From Acaryochloris thomasi RCC1774 (GTDB taxonomy: Bacteria; Cyanobacteriota; Cyanobacteriia; Thermosynechococcales; Thermosynechococcaceae): DNA of 20,970 nucleotides. The notes beneath the pieces are model-generated. The model was given only the letters and a program-made list of their open reading frames with translations, ran no database searches and was not told where the DNA came from. Positions 1-7,774 of this stretch are shown here, piece by piece. Within the stretch, counting starts at the first letter, position 1, and each line of letters begins with the position of its first letter. A program made the translations under genes and the position numbers. The stretch lies in contig NZ_PQWO01000041.1 of the NCBI RefSeq assembly GCF_003231495.1, positions 1 to 20,970 of the forward strand, in the 5' to 3' direction.

Positions 1-59
1 TCAATGACACCGGCTACTAAGCCTAGATGGTCCAACGTTTCGACCTGAAGTTCTGACAT
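1..59 (-). CDS. 5' end of a transposase gene running off the left edge (IS1634/IS4-like, DUF4277-type N-terminus)
   Basis: A reverse-strand ATG at 57-59 opens MSELQVETLDHLGLVAGVI. I associate the LDHLGLVAG motif with the N-terminus of DUF4277/IS1634-family transposases. Only 19 codons are visible. Confidence 0.4.
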   Translation of the reverse strand, partial: MSELQVETLDHLGLVAGVI

Positions 60-202
60 CTGGAAAAACTCTATGAAGCTTGCACTGCTTCATTATCCGA
101 AATTTACACTACCTGCGGAATGTAGGTTTAAATGCTGTGACGTTCATTGTTCTATGTATATAGTCTGGATCAGCCGCAGCATCAGGATTTTAGTGGGATA
201 AC

Positions 203-1123
203 TCAGCCCAGAGACTGATGATGGATGCGATCGCGTTCTTCATCTGCCCAAGAGGCCGGATCTTCAATGGGTTCTAGATGTGTCATCACATCTGTCCCTG
301 GTAGCTCTTGGTTAATGTGAATCTCCAGCTCATCACAAAGCTCATGGCCCTGCTGCACTGTCCAGTTCCCCGGCACCAAAACATGGAGGGCGACGAAGTT
401 GCGCGCCCCCGCCACCCGCGTTCGCAATGCATGAAACTGAATGCCTCGTTCTTTATAGGTGGCTAAGGTCTCATGAATAATCGCCTGCTCCGTTTCGGGT
501 AACGCTGTATCCATTAAGCCCGAAAACGTCTCGCGCAAAAGATGAATGCCGACCCAGGCAATATGAATTGCCACCAGTAACGCAATCAAGGGGTCCAAAA
601 TTAGCCACCCGGTTAGCTTTGCGAGTACCAGTCCGATTACCACCCCGATCGATGTCCATACATCTGAAAGTAGGTGATGACCGTCAGCCCGCAACGAAAT
701 AGACCGCAGCCGCCGACCGGCCCGCAGCAGCGTTACTGCCACGCCACCATTGATGGCTGCTGCGATCAGCGAGAGAACCAAGCCCCACTCCACCCGAGTG
801 ACCGGTTGAGGATTTAGCAAGCGCTGGGATGCGGCTACCGCAATACTGATGGCGGCGAGTACGATCAGCGCTCCCTCTAGAGCGCTAGAAAAATATTCCG
901 CCTTGGAGTGGCCGAAGGTATGTTCGCTGTCTGGGGGCTGAGCGGCTAAATTCAAGGCCCAAAAGGCGACCACTGCAGCAATGAGGTTAACGCTTGATTC
1001 AGCAACGTCAGAGAATAGGCCCACTGAACCCGTGAGTAAGTAGGCCCAAAACTTTAGCCCCATGGTCACGAGGGCAGCAGCGATGGAAAGCTTGATATAG
1101 TTGCGGGCAACCAGACTGCTCAT
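203..1123 (-). CDS. cation diffusion facilitator (CDF) family divalent-metal efflux transporter
   Basis: 306-aa ORF with an ATG start and six hydrophobic segments. TM2 has an acidic site (FSDVAESSVN) and TM5 has the HxxxD site (HHLLSDVWTS). FGHSKAEYF follows TM3, and a soluble C-terminal domain ends in a His-rich tail (IHHQ). Confidence 0.85.
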   Translation of the reverse strand: MSSLVARNYIKLSIAAALVTMGLKFWAYLLTGSVGLFSDVAESSVNLIAAVVAFWALNLAAQPPDSEHTFGHSKAEYFSSALEGALIVLAAISIAVAASQRLLNPQPVTRVEWGLVLSLIAAAINGGVAVTLLRAGRRLRSISLRADGHHLLSDVWTSIGVVIGLVLAKLTGWLILDPLIALLVAIHIAWVGIHLLRETFSGLMDTALPETEQAIIHETLATYKERGIQFHALRTRVAGARNFVALHVLVPGNWTVQQGHELCDELEIHINQELPGTDVMTHLEPIEDPASWADEERDRIHHQSLG

Positions 1124-1143
1124 AGAACTTGAGAATGTCGGCG

Positions 1144-2331
1144 TTAAGGACGATACCAGAGATTCGCAATCCGCTTGGCTGTTGTCAGCGCCTGCTGTCG
1201 ATCGGGGTTGTCTAACAGAGCGGTGACGTGGCCCAACTTCCGGCCTGGATGGGCCTTAGCCTTACCATACCAGTGAACAAAAGTATTGGGGAAGGTCGCC
1301 ATCATCTCTCGTTTTTGGCCGTAGTCATACTCAGCCACTTCATAGCCCAAGAGATTGATCATGATCGCCCCTGGTGCCGTTAAGCTAGTGTCTCCTAAAG
1401 GCAGCCCGCTAACGGCCCGCAAATGCTGCTCAAACTGTGACGTTGCGCAGGCATCAAGCGTGAGATGCCCGGAATTATGGGTACGGGGGGCGATCTCATT
1501 GACGAGAATCTGGCCGTCGGGGGTTAAGAAGAGTTCAATCCCGAAGATCCCTACCGCCTCTAGATCATTGAGGAGTGTGGTGGCTGCATTTTCGATCTGC
1601 TGTTGGGTCTCGGAAGCCAGGGCCACCGGAGCCATTGCCCAGTGACAGACCTGATGATGCTGATAGGTTTCGATCACCGGATAAAGAGCTACCTCGCCCG
1701 TGATCGAGCGAGCCGCAACAATCGCCAGCTCTCGCTCGAAGGGAATAAATGCTTCAGCCATGAAGGCTTCAGGACTGGGGGGCGTTGGAAAGTCATTCCA
1801 GAAAGCCTGAAGCTGCACGGCATCATGCAAAATAAACGTGCCCTGGCCGTCGTAACCGTGGCGACGCGACTTCACCACCAGCGGAAAGTCGAGGGTGCTG
1901 ATATCAGTGCTGGGCCCAATCGTCGTAAAGGCCGGGACGGGGAGGCCCAATTTTTGCAGATAGGTGCGCTGTTCATATTTATCCAGCAAAGGCTGCAGCG
2001 CGGTTAGGGCAGGCCGAAAGCAAATGCCTTGGGTCGCAAGCTGGCTGAGGGCTTCTAGATCGACAAATTCGTTTTCAAAGGTGATCACCTGGCAGTGTTG
2101 GGCCAGCTCGGCTGTGGCCTTCGCGTCATCGACCGCGGCAAAAACGGGGTGACCGGAGGGATGGGAAAAGTTTGCGATCGCAGGGTCTGTCTTGTTCGGT
2201 GTCTGCACCGATAGCTCAATGCCGAGGTCCGCAGCGGCTTTTGCCATCATCCAGGCCAGTTGTCCACCGCCGATGACGCCAACCCGTTGAACCGTTGCTG
2301 GATCCGCAACCGATGAATACACCGCAGCCAT
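1144..2331 (-). CDS. purK: N5-carboxyaminoimidazole ribonucleotide synthase (ATP-grasp)
   Basis: 395-aa ORF. It has the N-terminal VGVIGGGQLAWMMA motif, the ATP-grasp core PLVVKSRRHGYDGQGTFIL, the PurK/PurT signature LVNEIAPRTHNSGH, and the C-terminal HWYGK...GRKLGHVT. Confidence 0.85.
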   Translation of the reverse strand: MAAVYSSVADPATVQRVGVIGGGQLAWMMAKAAADLGIELSVQTPNKTDPAIANFSHPSGHPVFAAVDDAKATAELAQHCQVITFENEFVDLEALSQLATQGICFRPALTALQPLLDKYEQRTYLQKLGLPVPAFTTIGPSTDISTLDFPLVVKSRRHGYDGQGTFILHDAVQLQAFWNDFPTPPSPEAFMAEAFIPFERELAIVAARSITGEVALYPVIETYQHHQVCHWAMAPVALASETQQQIENAATTLLNDLEAVGIFGIELFLTPDGQILVNEIAPRTHNSGHLTLDACATSQFEQHLRAVSGLPLGDTSLTAPGAIMINLLGYEVAEYDYGQKREMMATFPNTFVHWYGKAKAHPGRKLGHVTALLDNPDRQQALTTAKRIANLWYRP

Positions 2332-2354
2332 AGCTTTAACTTGAGTCTCTACAC

Positions 2355-2768
2355 TTACTCGTCAGAACGACCTGACTCTACTCTCTCAATATTGTCGACG
2401 CCAATCCAGCCGACCAAGGATTGCGTTTTATCATCTTTCTCTATGTCTAGTTCTACCTTCTGCCATTTTTTATCGCTTGAGATATCAACAACCCTGAGGG
2501 GCTGGCGATAGTCTAAAACAGTTATGGCCTTGGCATCGGTGCTGGGAGCAGGCCGCAAAAACAGGCCGTTTTGATAGGAGACTGTTGCCTCATAGGCGGC
2601 AATTTTGGGCGTGACGGCGGCCTTGTCGTCATTGGGAAAAGTGGGCTTTGGTGGCGCTTTTGAAAACTGACTAAAGTAGAAGTAGCCTGCGATTGTCAAC
2701 CCCCCTGCAATGAATGCCAACCCTAAGAACACACCGAGAATCAGTTGGGCGAGTTTTGACCAGTTCAT
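2355..2768 (-). CDS. membrane-anchored SH3b-domain protein
   Basis: 137 aa with one N-terminal TM helix (LILGVFLGLAFIAGGLTIAGYFYF). A bacterial SH3-like pattern follows: YEATVSYQNGLFLRPAPS...ITVLDYRQPLRVVD...KWQKVEL...GWIGVDNI. Confidence 0.6.
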   Translation of the reverse strand: MNWSKLAQLILGVFLGLAFIAGGLTIAGYFYFSQFSKAPPKPTFPNDDKAAVTPKIAAYEATVSYQNGLFLRPAPSTDAKAITVLDYRQPLRVVDISSDKKWQKVELDIEKDDKTQSLVGWIGVDNIERVESGRSDE

Positions 2769-2801
2769 AGAGTTCGGACAGGAGCAGACATTGAGCAGGC
2801 G

Positions 2802-4325
2802 CTAGTCAGGCTGCTGGAGCTGACGCTGAATACGCAAACTCAGTGTACTATGCTTGGACGCCAGCCGCGCTTTCCCTGATGCAGCCCATTCTTGCAGGAA
2901 CTGCACCTGCTCCTGAGCCGTGCGCGCCAGCGGGATAATTTGGCTGGCTGATTCGAGAATATCGTCGGTGGTGAAGTCCCGGTTTTGACTGAAGCCCAGA
3001 TGCATGGCTTCGATTAAACACTGCTCAATTTCAGCCCCAGAAAAATCGGGGGTTTCGTAGGCCAGCCGCTCTAAATCGTAGATTGATAAGTTATGGGGGC
3101 GCAGCCGCGATAGATGCACTGAAAAAATATCTTGACGCTCTTCGGTGGTGGGCAAGCCTACAAAAAAGACTTCATCAAAGCGGCCCTTCCGCAGGATTTC
3201 GGGAGGGAGGGACTGAATGTTGTTGGCGGTTGCCACCACAAATACGGGGGACTGCTTCTCTGCAAGCCAGGTAATAAAGGTGCCGAAGACGCGGCTTGTG
3301 GTACCCGAATCCCCCCGACCTTCAAAACCGGCAAAGGCTTTGTCAATTTCGTCAATCCAAAGGATGCAGGGGGCTAGGGCTTCGGCAAGCTGAATCATTT
3401 GCCGGGTCCGAGATTCGGATTCCCCGACGAGGCCCGCAAACAGACGCCCCACGTCTAGCCGCAAAAGAGGCAAGTGCCAGTGGTGGGAGATGGCCTTTGC
3501 GGTCAACGATTTCCCTGTGCCTTGAATGCCTGCCAATAGGAGGCCCCGAGGGTGTGGTAGGCCGTACTGTCGGGCTCGTTCTGAGAAAGCGCCGCCGCGT
3601 CGCAGTAGCCAGTCTTTGAGGTTGTCGAGTCCCCCAATGTCAGAGATGTTCTCTTTGGCGGGGTAGAAGTCTAGGATCTGGGTTTGCCGAATGGTCTGGC
3701 GCTTTTCTTCGAGGATCAGGTCTACATCGTCGGCGCTGACTTGGCCGTGGGTTGCGATCGCACGTGATAAAACCCGCCGAATCCGCTCCATCGAAAGCCC
3801 TTGGCAGGATCTGACGAGATCATCTAACGCCTTACCTTCAAGACGGCTGTTCGTAGCCGTTAAAAGCTGCTCGACCTCTTTCCCGATTTCCGCCGCATTG
3901 GGCAACGGGAAGTCGAGGACATTGAGCGCTTCACTCAGATCGGTGGGAATGACTAGCTCACTGGAAAGCAGCACAATGTTTTTCGGCTGGGACTTCAGCT
4001 CTCGGGCGAGGTTACGCAGCTTGCGAGACACTGCAACATCATCGAGAAAGCGATGGAAGTCCCGCAGGATAAAAATGGCGGGGGCGCTAGTCGGGAGCTT
4101 ATTGATCAGATCGAGGGCTTGTAAAGGATTGCGTCGGGCAAAACCGTCATCGGTGGGGTTGCCCTGGTAGCCATCGACAAAATCCCAGGTGTAAATAGCG
4201 CGATTGCCCTGTTTTTTGGCGGAGGTTGCGATCGCAACCTCCGCCCGCTCTTCTTCTTGGGTCGGAATATAAATCAGCGGATATCTGGCCCGCAACAGGA
4301 GTTCAAAATCTTCACTAAAGCCCAT
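2802..4325 (-). CDS. ycf46: AAA+ ATPase, Ycf46-like
   Basis: 507 aa. Walker A is [13 protein letters not shown], Walker B is [10 protein letters not shown], and the Arg-finger region is [14 protein letters not shown]. The N-terminal [19 protein letters not shown] block resembles cyanobacterial and plastid Ycf46. The symbol comes from motif memory only. Confidence 0.7.
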   Translation of the reverse strand: MGFSEDFELLLRARYPLIYIPTQEEERAEVAIATSAKKQGNRAIYTWDFVDGYQGNPTDDGFARRNPLQALDLINKLPTSAPAIFILRDFHRFLDDVAVSRKLRNLARELKSQPKNIVLLSSELVIPTDLSEALNVLDFPLPNAAEIGKEVEQLLTATNSRLEGKALDDLVRSCQGLSMERIRRVLSRAIATHGQVSADDVDLILEEKRQTIRQTQILDFYPAKENISDIGGLDNLKDWLLRRGGAFSERARQYGLPHPRGLLLAGIQGTGKSLTAKAISHHWHLPLLRLDVGRLFAGLVGESESRTRQMIQLAEALAPCILWIDEIDKAFAGFEGRGDSGTTSRVFGTFITWLAEKQSPVFVVATANNIQSLPPEILRKGRFDEVFFVGLPTTEERQDIFSVHLSRLRPHNLSIYDLERLAYETPDFSGAEIEQCLIEAMHLGFSQNRDFTTDDILESASQIIPLARTAQEQVQFLQEWAASGKARLASKHSTLSLRIQRQLQQPD

Positions 4326-4463
4326 ACTGATTTACCGACCGTGAGAGGGTGTCAGTATTCTACAATTTTCCCTACGACAGCGGATTGAGCATTTCGCCGC
4401 ACAATGGCGGTCATTGCGGGCTTTAAGCGTCAAGTCCCGCGTTCTTGAGATTTATTACCGCTC

Positions 4464-7400
4464 TTATTTGACAACGGCCCGGAAGCGGATGAGGCCAAAG
4501 GAATCGTTAGGGGTACCTGGGCTGTTGGCATGGGGGATCGTCCCAAGATTGACGACCACTGCGCCATTATCTTCAGATTGATTGGGCACGTTACTGCAGA
4601 CATCTGGCAGTACTGCTCCTGGCGGGAAGAACTGCGCGGTATCGCCATCATTATCGTTAGAGAAGGAGAATGTATCGCCGTCGTACTCCACAAGAATGCC
4701 GCGATTGGCACCCGCGCCGCCCCCGGGTGCTGGCGTGACTGCATTGAAGGTATCGGGGACAAAGGTTTGGGAATTGGGGATGCGATCGCAAAACTGCACA
4801 TCCTCTGCATCTTGGCTTCCATCCGAAAGAAAATAGATTGTATATTCAACCTCATCGCCGGGCTGGGTTTCACCCCCATTCGTCTGCCCTCTCAAAAAGC
4901 CGCTAGTGTTGCTGTTAGGGGTATTGGGCCAGTTCTCTGTATCAATCGGGTTCGGCGCTGGATTGTCTAAATCATTGTCATCATAGGGATAGTCAGGGGC
5001 ATTGACGTATACATCAAGGTCAGTGCTGCCATTGGTCGTTTGACCATTAACGCGGGTGATTCGCTTCACCAGCAGCAGATTGGGATCATTCGCGGCCGCT
5101 GCTGTAATAGTGACTCCATAATCTTCCACCTCGCCATCAAGGGCAGAACCCACCGATGCATCATCGCGATTGGTCGTGTCGGCACTTGAATCAAGATCTT
5201 CTGTCGTCACTCTGACGCGAACATAACTTGCACCTGCGGTGATATCAGGACCAGAGCTACCGATATTGCTCCAGCTTAAATTCACTGGGGCATTCGTACT
5301 GTTGGCCGCAACGGTCGCGTCAGCCGCTCGTTCGTCCTCGTCAAATTCGCCATCCCGATCAAAGTCGATCCAGGCGTAGACGTTCGCAGGCACGTTGTTG
5401 GTGTTGTTGACAGTCGTTGTCAAGCTATAGCTGGTGTCTGTCTGCTCAAGGACAGGGAAAGTGGTAATGCCATCTTCATCGTCCACTGCCGGAGTATTGA
5501 CTGCGTCATCACCGTTGGCTGCAGCTGAACTCTGGGGAGCGGCTTCAGCATCAGGTCGGGTCGCGCCCAAGTGCAGAGTGCTAGAAATGGTGTGCTGGGC
5601 GGGAGTATCACTGCTGTTTAGGGTGCCATCCCCTGTTGTGTCGTCATAAGTGAGCGGGGCATCGCCATAGTCAGGATCGGCACAATACTCAATTGAAAGA
5701 AAGCCCAGGGTAACGTTCCCACCGTTGTTATCTTCTTTGCCCGTGACCACCCTAATCTCATCGATGGGGCCAGGGATGGATAGGTTGTAGGTATTGGTGA
5801 TTACGCCCGGATCGTTGTCCTGATTTTGGCTCACGACCGTATCACTTTGGCCATCCCCATCCTCATCTCTGAACGACATGCCGGTACTTAAATTACTGAA
5901 GTTTGCCGCCGTGATCTGCACCGGAACGCCTCGAAGCGTGGCGATGATATAGGTGCCATCGTCATTGTTCAAGCCACCTGCCACCATCGCAAAGTCAGTG
6001 ACGGGGGTGGGGAAGGAAAAAACGTACGTCGCCTGATTATTGGTGTTGAGAAAGCTATTGGAATTGTTGCTCTGGACAAACAGGTGAGGGCCAAAGCCAG
6101 GAGCCGGATCGTTTTGGACCTGGATGCCGGCGTTAAAGGCCGCACTGCCACTCAGCTCGGTATTGAAGCTGAGGCTGCCGTTGTTAAATGTGAGCGGCGT
6201 TGGGAGCGGTATTGTGGAGCCTTGCAGGGCTTGGTTGAGCGGGAAGTTGGCGCTATTGAAGGTTGTGTTTGCCTGTGCAATACAAGCCGGACCCACGGGG
6301 GTAGAGGCCGCTGCGATCGCAACTGCATAGTCTTCCACCTCACCATCGCTGGCGGCCCCCACTGAGGCATCATCTTGATTCGTCGTCTCGTTCGTATTCA
6401 CATCAAGGTCATCTTGGGTGACCCGGACGCGCACATAGCTGGCTCCGTCCTGGATATCGAGACCGTTGCTGCCAATACTGCTCCATTTCAGCTTCACTGT
6501 GCCGTTCGTATTGCTGGGCACCTGACCACTGCCGTCGAGAGCAATTGTGTCACTGTCAACCGTCGCCCGTTCATCTTCATCGAACTGGCCATCGCGATCA
6601 AAGTCGATCCAGGCAAAGACATTGGCCGGATTGCTGCTGCCGTTGTTGATGGTAGCCGTCAGGCTATAGGCCGTCGTTGTCTCATCGAGAGCTGGGAATG
6701 AGGTCACTCCATCTTCATCATCTGTGCCGTTATTATCATCGCCATCGGCCCCAGGCCCCGGCTGAGTATCGGCTTCACCGTCAGGCGCAACGCTGCCGAG
6801 ATAGAGGGCTGTGACTTCGTGGCTGGCATCGCCATAGGTGTCAGGGGCGTCGCCAAAATCGATGGTTTCGTTCACCGTGGCCTGTTGGCTGGCACTTGCT
6901 TCTTGACGATGGTTTGTGGCATCGCCGTTGATGGGGTCGCCATTGGCATCGCCGTTGTCGGTACCAGAATTATCCTGTGTGTAAAGATCGCGATTGTTGC
7001 CGCCATCAACGAAGGGCTGGTTCTGCTGATCGGTGGGGGTGGTATCTCCTAACACAATGGTGACCTGATCGCCCATACTGGCGCTCGTGCTGACTTTGAT
7101 CGGCACTCGCACCGTCAGAACACCACTTGCAGGGAGTGACCCACCGGTTAACCCAGGAATCGTCAGTGCTCCGGTGGTGGCTCCTGCTGTAGGGATGGTG
7201 ACGGGGGAGCTGCTCAAATCTGTGGCTGCAGTGGAGCCAGCGCCATCGGGGTCAAAGCCAATAATTTCGATGTTTCCCTGCAGTGCCCCGTTGGTGACGG
7301 CAGAGGGGGCGCCCGGAATAAAGAATTGGGTAGGGTCATTGCCGATATTGGTGATGGTGTAGGTAAAGTACACGACATCACCGGGATTGATGACTCCATT

Positions 7401-7721
7401 CCCCTGCTGAGAACCCGCGCCTGATACATTGCTGGGGGCTTCAGTGGGTGTGGTGCTGCTAGAGACGGTGATGCCCGCAACCTCAGCGACTCGGACCACA
7501 ACCTCATTGGATTCGATATTGGTGGTGGAACTGTCAACGGGATTTACGAAACTGCCGGTGGCTTGGTTCCTAATCACGGTGCCAGGAGCAGGGGGTGCGG
7601 CCAACACGGAGAGCGCGGGTAGCCAGTTGCCGCCGGTAAAGAGGACTGCCAACAGAAGTTTGAGGGGCAACGTCAATCGTTGGGTCTGTTTTCTTTTAGG
7701 GTGGGTGTGACGCTCAAACAT
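4464..7721 (-). CDS. large secreted modular surface protein P1: signal peptide, DUF11-like N-terminal region, GEVED module, unassigned central domain, second GEVED module, shared C-terminal module
   Basis: Uninterrupted 1085-aa ORF with an ATG start. The signal peptide has a long basic n-region (MFERHTHPKRKQTQRLTLPLKLLLAVLF...LSVLAAPP). PGDVVYFTYTITNIGNDP is a DUF11-type core. Two copies of GDAP.TYG...DDEDG...WIDFDRDG.FDEDE...YVRVRV...DGEVEDY follow. The C-terminal module is shared with P2 and P3. Confidence 0.85.
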   Translation of the reverse strand: MFERHTHPKRKQTQRLTLPLKLLLAVLFTGGNWLPALSVLAAPPAPGTVIRNQATGSFVNPVDSSTTNIESNEVVVRVAEVAGITVSSSTTPTEAPSNVSGAGSQQGNGVINPGDVVYFTYTITNIGNDPTQFFIPGAPSAVTNGALQGNIEIIGFDPDGAGSTAATDLSSSPVTIPTAGATTGALTIPGLTGGSLPASGVLTVRVPIKVSTSASMGDQVTIVLGDTTPTDQQNQPFVDGGNNRDLYTQDNSGTDNGDANGDPINGDATNHRQEASASQQATVNETIDFGDAPDTYGDASHEVTALYLGSVAPDGEADTQPGPGADGDDNNGTDDEDGVTSFPALDETTTAYSLTATINNGSSNPANVFAWIDFDRDGQFDEDERATVDSDTIALDGSGQVPSNTNGTVKLKWSSIGSNGLDIQDGASYVRVRVTQDDLDVNTNETTNQDDASVGAASDGEVEDYAVAIAAASTPVGPACIAQANTTFNSANFPLNQALQGSTIPLPTPLTFNNGSLSFNTELSGSAAFNAGIQVQNDPAPGFGPHLFVQSNNSNSFLNTNNQATYVFSFPTPVTDFAMVAGGLNNDDGTYIIATLRGVPVQITAANFSNLSTGMSFRDEDGDGQSDTVVSQNQDNDPGVITNTYNLSIPGPIDEIRVVTGKEDNNGGNVTLGFLSIEYCADPDYGDAPLTYDDTTGDGTLNSSDTPAQHTISSTLHLGATRPDAEAAPQSSAAANGDDAVNTPAVDDEDGITTFPVLEQTDTSYSLTTTVNNTNNVPANVYAWIDFDRDGEFDEDERAADATVAANSTNAPVNLSWSNIGSSGPDITAGASYVRVRVTTEDLDSSADTTNRDDASVGSALDGEVEDYGVTITAAAANDPNLLLVKRITRVNGQTTNGSTDLDVYVNAPDYPYDDNDLDNPAPNPIDTENWPNTPNSNTSGFLRGQTNGGETQPGDEVEYTIYFLSDGSQDAEDVQFCDRIPNSQTFVPDTFNAVTPAPGGGAGANRGILVEYDGDTFSFSNDNDGDTAQFFPPGAVLPDVCSNVPNQSEDNGAVVVNLGTIPHANSPGTPNDSFGLIRFRAVVK
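4467..5090 (-). other. shared C-terminal module, copy in P1 (aa 878-1085)
   Basis: DPNLLLVKRITRVNG...DYPYDDN...NWPNT...PGDEVEYTIYFLSDG..DAEDVQFCDRIP..QTFV...GANRGILVEY...NDNDGDTAQF...LPDVCS...EDNGAVVVNLG...FGLIRFRAVVK runs directly into the stop codon. It aligns along its full length with the ends of P3 and P2. Confidence 0.75.
5106..5678 (-). repeat. GEVED-type acidic module, copy 2 of P1 (aa 682-872)
   Basis: DPDYGDAPLTY...HLG...PDAEA...DDEDGITTFP...YAWIDFDRDGEFDEDE...ASYVRVRVT...RDDASVGSALDGEVEDYGVTI. This is an internal paralogue of 6315-6866. The two copies share an identical 20-nt stretch (5356-5375 = 6595-6614). Confidence 0.7.
6315..6866 (-). repeat. GEVED-type acidic module, copy 1 of P1 (aa 286-469)
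   Basis: TIDFGDAPDTYG...YLGSVAPDGEAD...DDEDGVTSFP...FAWIDFDRDGQFDEDE...ASYVRVRVT...QDDASVGAASDGEVEDYAVAI. DFDRDG at 6588-6605 is a DxDxDG calcium-loop motif. Confidence 0.7.
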
Positions 7722-7774
7722 AGTGGGTTCTCAAGGCGGGTAGGGAGCTAATAGAGAGGGGGCAGAGAAGGTGG

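Noticed and set aside
1355-4170. Plus-strand ORFs antisense to purK and the AAA+ ATPase (1355-1645, 1603-2007, 1964-2152, 3083-3619, 3691-4170), plus 471-659 and 3158-3355 on the minus strand.
   Set aside because: Each is fully contained in a gene with strong family motifs in another frame or on the other strand. None has a recognisable motif.
2802-4325. The idea that the AAA+ ATPase next to P1 is a dedicated secretion or assembly ATPase for the large proteins.
   Set aside because: Its N-terminal and Walker motifs look like the widely conserved Ycf46 family. It is packed with unrelated housekeeping genes (purK, CDF) and separated from P1 by a 138-nt gap. Adjacency alone is not evidence. Co-occurrence analysis could revive the idea.
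4430-7710. Many 60-150-aa ORFs overlapping P1 on both strands, for example 4430-4879 (-), 4530-4970 (+), 6375-6701 (+), 7214-7537 (-) and 7429-7710 (+).
   Set aside because: They sit inside an uninterrupted 1085-codon frame that has clear domain repeats. Their peptides are Ala/Arg/Gly/Pro-rich, as expected for off-frame readings of GC-rich coding DNA. I treat them as shadow ORFs. The same reasoning applies to 7878-9985 inside P2 and 11890-13926 inside P3.
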